64,000 nt of DNA from the human T2T-CHM13v2.0 reference genome, Homo sapiens. The position numbers were made by a program, and so were the translations under genes. Each line of letters begins with the position of its first letter. The stretch's first letter is position 1. The notes under the pieces were generated by a model. It was given only the letters and a program-made list of their open reading frames with translations. It was not told where the DNA came from and did not search any database. This document shows, piece after piece, positions 52,935 to 64,000 of this stretch. The stretch is from the NCBI RefSeq assembly GCF_009914755.1, contig NC_060925.1; one strand, given 5' to 3'.

Positions 52935-55251
52935 ATCTTATTTTATTTCAATAGTTTTTGGGTAATAGGTGGTTTTTAGTTACATGAATAAATTCTTTAA
53001 TGGTGATTTCTGAGATTTTGGTGCACTTGTCACCTGAACAGTGTACACTGTACTCATTATGTAGTCTTTTATCTCTCAGCCTGTTCCCACCCTTCCCCTC
53101 AAGTTCCCAAAGTCCATCATATCATTCTTATGCCTTTGCATCCTCATAGCTTAGCTCCCACTTATAAGTGAGAACACACAATATTTGGTTTTTCATTCCT
53201 GAGTTACTTCACTTAGAATAATGGTCTCCAACTCCATCAAGGTTCGTGCAAAGGCCATTATATCATTTCATTTTATGGCTGAGTAGTACTCCATGGTGCA
53301 TATATACCACATTTTCTTTATCTACTTGTTGGTTGATGGGTATTTAGGTTGATTCCATGTTTTTTCAATTGAGAATTGTGCTGCTATAAACCTGTTCATG
53401 TATGTGTCTTTTTTCTGTAATGACTTCTTTTCCTTTGGGCAGATACCCAGTAGTGGGATTGCTGGATTGAATGGTGTTTCTACTTTTAGTTCTTTAAGAA
53501 ATCTCCATACTGTTTTCCAATAGTGGTTGTACTAATTTACATTTCCACCAGCAGTGTAAAAGTGTACCGTTTTCAACACATCCATGCTGACATCTAATTT
53601 TTTTTTATTTTAAAATTATGGCCATTCTTGCAGGAGTAAGGTGGTATCTTATTATGGTTTTAATTTGCATTTCCCTGATTATTGGTGATGTTGAGTATTT
53701 TTTCATATGTTTATTGGCTGTTTTTATATCTTCTTCTGATAATTGTCTATTCATGTCCATTGCCCACTTTTTGATGGGATTATTTGTTTTCTTTCTTGCT
53801 GATTTGTTTGCATTCCTTGTAGATTCTGGGTATTAGTCCTTTGTCAGCTGCATAATCTATGAATATTTTCTCCCACTTTGTGGGTTGTCTGTTTACTCTG
53901 CTGATTATTTCTTTTGTTGTGCAGAAGCTTTTTAGCTTAATTATATCCCTTCTATTTATTATTGTTTTTGTTGCATTTGATTTTAGCTTCTTAGTCATGA
54001 ATTCTTTGCTTAAGCCGATGTCTGATTTTATCTTTTAGAGTTTTTCTGATTTTATCTTATAGAGTTTTTATGTTTTCAGGTCTTCTATTTAAGTCTTTGA
54101 TCCGTCTTGAGTTGATTTTTGTATAAGGTGAGAGATGAGGATCCAATTTTATTCTTCTACATGTGGCTTGCCAGTTATCTTAGCACCATTTCTTCAATAG
54201 GATGTCCTTTCCCTACTTTATGGTTTTGTATGCTTTGTCAAAGATCAGTTGGTAGTAAGTATTTGGCTTTATTTCTGGGTTCTCTATTCTGCGCCATTGG
54301 TCTACATGCCTATTTTTATACTGATACCATGCTTTTTTGGTAACTATAGTTATAGTATTGTAGTGTAATTTGAAGTCAGGTAATGTTATGGCCCCAAATT
54401 TGTTCTTTTTGCTTAGTATTGCTTTGGCTATGCAGGCTTATTTTTAGTTCCATATGAATTTTAGGATTTTTTTTTCTAGTTCTGTGAAGAGGGGTGATGG
54501 TACTTTGATGGGAATTACATTGAATCTGTAGATTGCTTTTGGCAGTTTGGTCATTTTCACAATATTGATTCTACCCATTCATGAGCCTGGGATGTGTTAC
54601 CATTTGTCTGTCATTTGTGATTTCTTTCAGCAGCATTTTGTAGTCTTCCTTGCAGAGATCTTTCACCTCCTTGGCTAAACATATTTCTAAGTATTTTATT
54701 TTATTTTTTGTAGCTGTCGTAAAAGGGATTGAATTTTTTAGTTGATTCTCAGCTTGGTCATTGTTGGTATATAACAGTGCTTCTGATTTGTGTACATTGA
54801 TTTTGTATTCTGAGACAATAGTGTATTCATTTATCAGATCTAGAAGTTTTTTGATGAGTCTTTAGTATTTTCTAGGTCTATGATCATATAATTGGCAAAT
54901 AGTGACAGCTTGACTTTCTCTTTCTGTTTTGGATGCCCTTTATTTCTTTCTCTCATGTGATTGCTCTGGCTAGGACTTTGAGTGCTATGTAGAATAGAAG
55001 TGGTGAAAGTGGGCATCCTTGTCTTGTTCCAGTTCTCAAGGGGAATGCTTTCAACTTTTCCCCATTCAGTATGATGTTGGCTGTGGGCTTGTCATAGATG
55101 GCTTTTATTACTTTATGTCCCTTACATGCCAGTTTTGTCAAAGGTTTTTAATCATAAAGGCATACTGGATTTTGTCAAATGCCTTTTCTGCGTCTGTTGA
55201 GGTGATCATATGATTTTTGTTTTTAATTTTGTTTATGTGATATATCACATT
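52935..55251 (-). mobile_element. 5'-truncated L1PB-type element
   Basis: 3'UTR plus the 3' half of ORF2; TSD tatcctcaaatttt at 52921-52934 and 55252-55265. Confidence 0.9.
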
Positions 55252-55340
55252 TATCCTCAAATTTTTGATGAGCTGATTTTGGCTGTGCCTCTGAGTGGCT
55301 AGCAATATGTTACTTATGGAAAGTCATTTTGATATCCTTT

Positions 55341-57326
55341 TGATGGCAGTGGAGGGCTGCCTGGAGTGGCCACTGCCATCATGCCAGCTGCAGTGGGAAG
55401 GCATGATTGGTGGCAGCAAGAGGGGCTGCAGGAGCAGCAATGGTGGTGGTGGGTTCTCTGTGCCTGTATCCCCGTGATAGCCAACTGTGCCACCCCCATC
55501 CTTGTGCAGCCAGGTGGGACCTGCTCCCAGGCCCGGAGCCTCTGCCGCTCTGGATCCTGGCTCCGCCTCACTGTTCTCGCCCACCACTGCTGCGGGGAGG
55601 GCATGGGGAGGAGGCAGACAGTCCCTGGGGCCCGCCCCTAGGATCCTCCCATGGAGCCCTCTGTCCTGGGAGCCGCTGCCATGGGACTGGGCTGGGTTAC
55701 CCACCAGTGGGGGAGCAACTTGATTGGCTACAGAGGAGCAGGCAGAGAGGAGCCCCGAGGTGGAGCTGGATCTGGAGTGATGTAGCACTCCACAGAGCCA
55801 GCAGGAGCCAGGAGCAGGCAACAGCCCTGCCCTCCTGGGCCTGGCTGCAGCTGCCCAAACTGCAGCTGTGGACCCAGGCATCTCTGCACTCTTGGAGGCC
55901 TGGGAAGGTCCCCCAGCCCTTGCAGGCTCAGAAGTGCCTGCTCCTCCTGCCTGCATTTTCCCTGCTGTCAGTGCCTGCTCCGATCTAAGAGCAATGTGGC
56001 ACTGAGCCGAGGCACTGTCACAGCCTGGCCAACGGTGCACATGCTCAGGCAGCCCTGACACACCAGCCACCTGCTGCCTCATCCTCCTCTGGACTTTGGT
56101 CTCTGACAAGCATGGGAGGGAGGCCAAGGGAGAGCTGAGGACAGGCTGGTGCTGGCCTTCAGGTGCCTCTTGGCATAAACAGCCTGGGTGCCATGAATGG
56201 CAGTAGGAGGCAGAAGGGGGTGGGTCCCCATTGAAGCCCCACCTTCAAGCCACGGAAGGCCTGAAGCTTGGGGGATGGTCTGCCAGTTCTACAGACCACA
56301 GGGGGAACCCATGGTGCTTTTTCCTGGGCCTGCTGATGGCCACCCGTGGACCAATCAGCATGCACTTCCTTCCCTTTGAGGCCCGTAAAAACCCTGGACT
56401 CAGCCAGACTCCAGGAGAGGATGTAGAGACGATAGGGAGATGGCAGGACAGGATGACGAGCTGCAGAGAGGATCTGCCCACCCCAGGGTCTCCTCTCTGC
56501 TGAGAGCTGAGGAGATGATGAGATGACCAGCTGCAGAGGGAAACTACCTTCTCTGCTGAGAGGTGGACACTTGTGGGGATGACCTACCCAGCAGAGAAGA
56601 GCTACCCTCTCTGCTGGGAGGTGAAAACACCATTGGCACACACTGGCTATGGAGAGGAGCTGCCTTCCTTTGAGCTGTTCTATTGCTCAATAAAGCTCAT
56701 CTTCATCTTGTTCATCCTCCACTTGTCTGCATACCTCATTCTTCCTGGTTGCAGGACAAAAACTCAGGAGCCACCAAATGGCAAGGCTAAAAGAGCTGTA
56801 ACACAAATGGGGCTGAGACATGCCCCTTACTTGAAACATTGTGGGTGAGGAGAAGAAGAGAAGAGCTGTGGCTCTTCGGGAGCCCAGACCTAAGATCTCC
56901 CCATGCCAGGACTGTGGCTTCCTTTTTGGGGTCCTGCGGTTCCTGGTGTCTCAAACCTTCTGGGTGCCACTGCATTCCCTGGTGCTAGCCAGGGAAGCTT
57001 CTTGCAGTGCACCTGATCCAGCCACAGCCTTGCAGAGAGCCAGAATCCATGCCAGTACCTGGAACTGCCCACCCCGTGGCAGCAGCTGGTGTGTCTGACT
57101 GTGTACAGTGGCTGGATCCCACACTCTCTCACACACCTCTTGTCACTGTGCACCTGGCTCACCCTTGGCAGGTGTGGGATCCAGAATGGTAGTGTGAGCC
57201 AAGTGCAGCCTGCCAGACCAAGTGGGTGGAATGAACCCAGCAATCTCTGAGCAAAAGTTGGATAAAGGTGCCACTGGCCACAGAAGATTCCAGCCAGAAA
57301 ATTGACACCCCAAAGATCCCGTAACA
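55341..57326 (+). mobile_element. MER52-type long GC-rich solo LTR
   Basis: TGATGGCAGTGG start, caaagatcccgtaACA end, AATAAA near 56689, 4-bp TSD cttt on both sides. Confidence 0.85.
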
Positions 57327-58869
57327 CTTTCACCCCTTAAATGGATAAGGATAATCTAGATTTCTGGTTGGGAACGTCCCCTTTATCATTTTCTCAAAAA
57401 GTATTTCTTAGTTCTTGTGTATAAACTAAGTATTCTAGTCATTTATGTTATTGATAGAAGTCTAAAATATTTTATATAGAATATTTGGAAGCCAATCCCA
57501 AATGACAGAAGCCCACTGGGTCTAGGCTGGTTTGTGGATTCTTGAGAATCTCTTAAGAGCATGAGGTGGTAGAAGGCAGATTGAAGTTTCATGGAAGGAG
57601 TCAACTCAAGCACAAAGACCATAGCAGGACTCATAATCTCCATCACTTAGAAAAATACAGGTAGATTCTTTCAGTGTCTAGAACAAGGAGATACCATAAA
57701 TGTACATGGACAAGAAAGAGACGAATTCTCCCTTTTGTGTGATGTCCCTCTGTGGATCTTCATAGGCCTACAAATCATTGCTCTGCCAAAGTATATTCTA
57801 GTAGGTACATAAAGACTTTATATATACCTAGTAGGTACATAAAAACTTTCAAAGGGGGTATAGGGATGGATAGTATTAAGGGGATAAATTTCCAAATTTT
57901 ATACATACTCTTCACCAAAATTCACATGCTTAGGTAATTTTCTTGATGCTTCTAACTTCCCATGACCCTTTTCATAATTGGTTTCCCATGAGGAAAAGCA
58001 TATAGCTCATCCCTCAAAACCTTATTTTGGTGTATTGTCAAGGAATGATGCTAAACTTCAGGGGTTCTATACAAAAGAACAATTTGAAACATTGCTGATG
58101 TGGTTGAGAAAGTAAATTCTTCTGTTGGCTAGATAAGAAATCCCTTTTCAAATTAATTGGAGTTACTTTTTTTAATTTAAAAAACTGAAATAAGATCTAA
58201 GTGAGTTTTCATCTGTGTAATTATTAAAAATAATTTTTGGTGATATATCATTATATGAATTTTGAGGTACAACTTAGCTGGAATTCAAGAAATTATGTAA
58301 CATTGTATTTAAAATTCTTTTTTTTTTTTTCCTACACACCACTATGTTCTGGGTTTTTATTTCAGCAATAGCATGTCATCAACAAAAACGTTTTTAAGCT
58401 TATCGTTTTTCCAAAAGAAAAAAAAAATGCATATAAGCAATATAAAACATAGCCAGGTCTAAAAGCAATGGAGATGCCTAAGATGGAAAATTTAAGGAGG
58501 CATTTACTGTCACTTGCACAATCTTAGTATGAAATGTACCCTTGGTGCGCTGAACACTAAACTGACAATAAAAGCTAGTTAATTTAAGATACAGTGGCAA
58601 AATAGAATGTTGTGTTTCTTACTTTCATGGTTTCCTTACACAAGAATGAAAGTACTTTCAGTTTAAAAGGTTTTATTTGAATGTATTACCTCATTTAATC
58701 TTCAAAATAAGTCTTAAAATTAAGTGTTATTATTCATTTTATGAATCAGAAAACTTAGCTATTTTAGTAAACTGTGACTGAATACATTAGAAATATTCTT
58801 TGAGTGTGGAATAACATTTGTAGTTTATAAATATTAAAAATAAAACTTTTTCTTACAAAAGTGAGTTGA

Positions 58870-64000
<5,131 letters not shown>

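Noticed and set aside
55295-57333. Cluster of long overlapping ORFs (up to 267 aa)
   Set aside because: All lie within a GC-rich MER52 LTR; no recognisable domain, and long ORFs are expected from low stop-codon frequency.

Overview
Human (primate) genomic DNA, recognisably the CD1D locus at the start of the CD1 cluster on 1q23. The only intact protein-coding gene is CD1D (+ strand). It has six coding exons from 24197 to 27245, a spliced CDS of 1008 nt (335 aa plus stop) and GT-AG introns throughout. About 3 kb upstream and head-to-head with it lies a full-length, disabled ELL2 processed pseudogene (17435-21171, - strand). That copy is inserted into the env remnant of a MER57-type endogenous retrovirus, which is itself inserted into an old L1 fragment. 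Downstream are a MER11 solo LTR, an RPS10 processed pseudogene, a second unidentified 3'UTR-like retrocopy in the same L1, a MER52 solo LTR, many Alus and several L1s, including a long L1PA that runs off the right edge. I found no demonstrably new biological system. The most promising unexplained signals are: (i) the ELL2 retrocopy carries promoter motifs and a + strand splice donor pointing at CD1D, plus an intact C-terminal-domain ORF; (ii) several built-in routes to secreted or tailless CD1d; (iii) a DR5 retinoic-acid element in probable L2 sequence; (iv) a 40-bp near-perfect palindrome; (v) a strong CTCF motif downstream of CD1D; (vi) several DNA-repair or retrotransposition scars. Repeat family names come from recalled consensus sequences, not from a database search.
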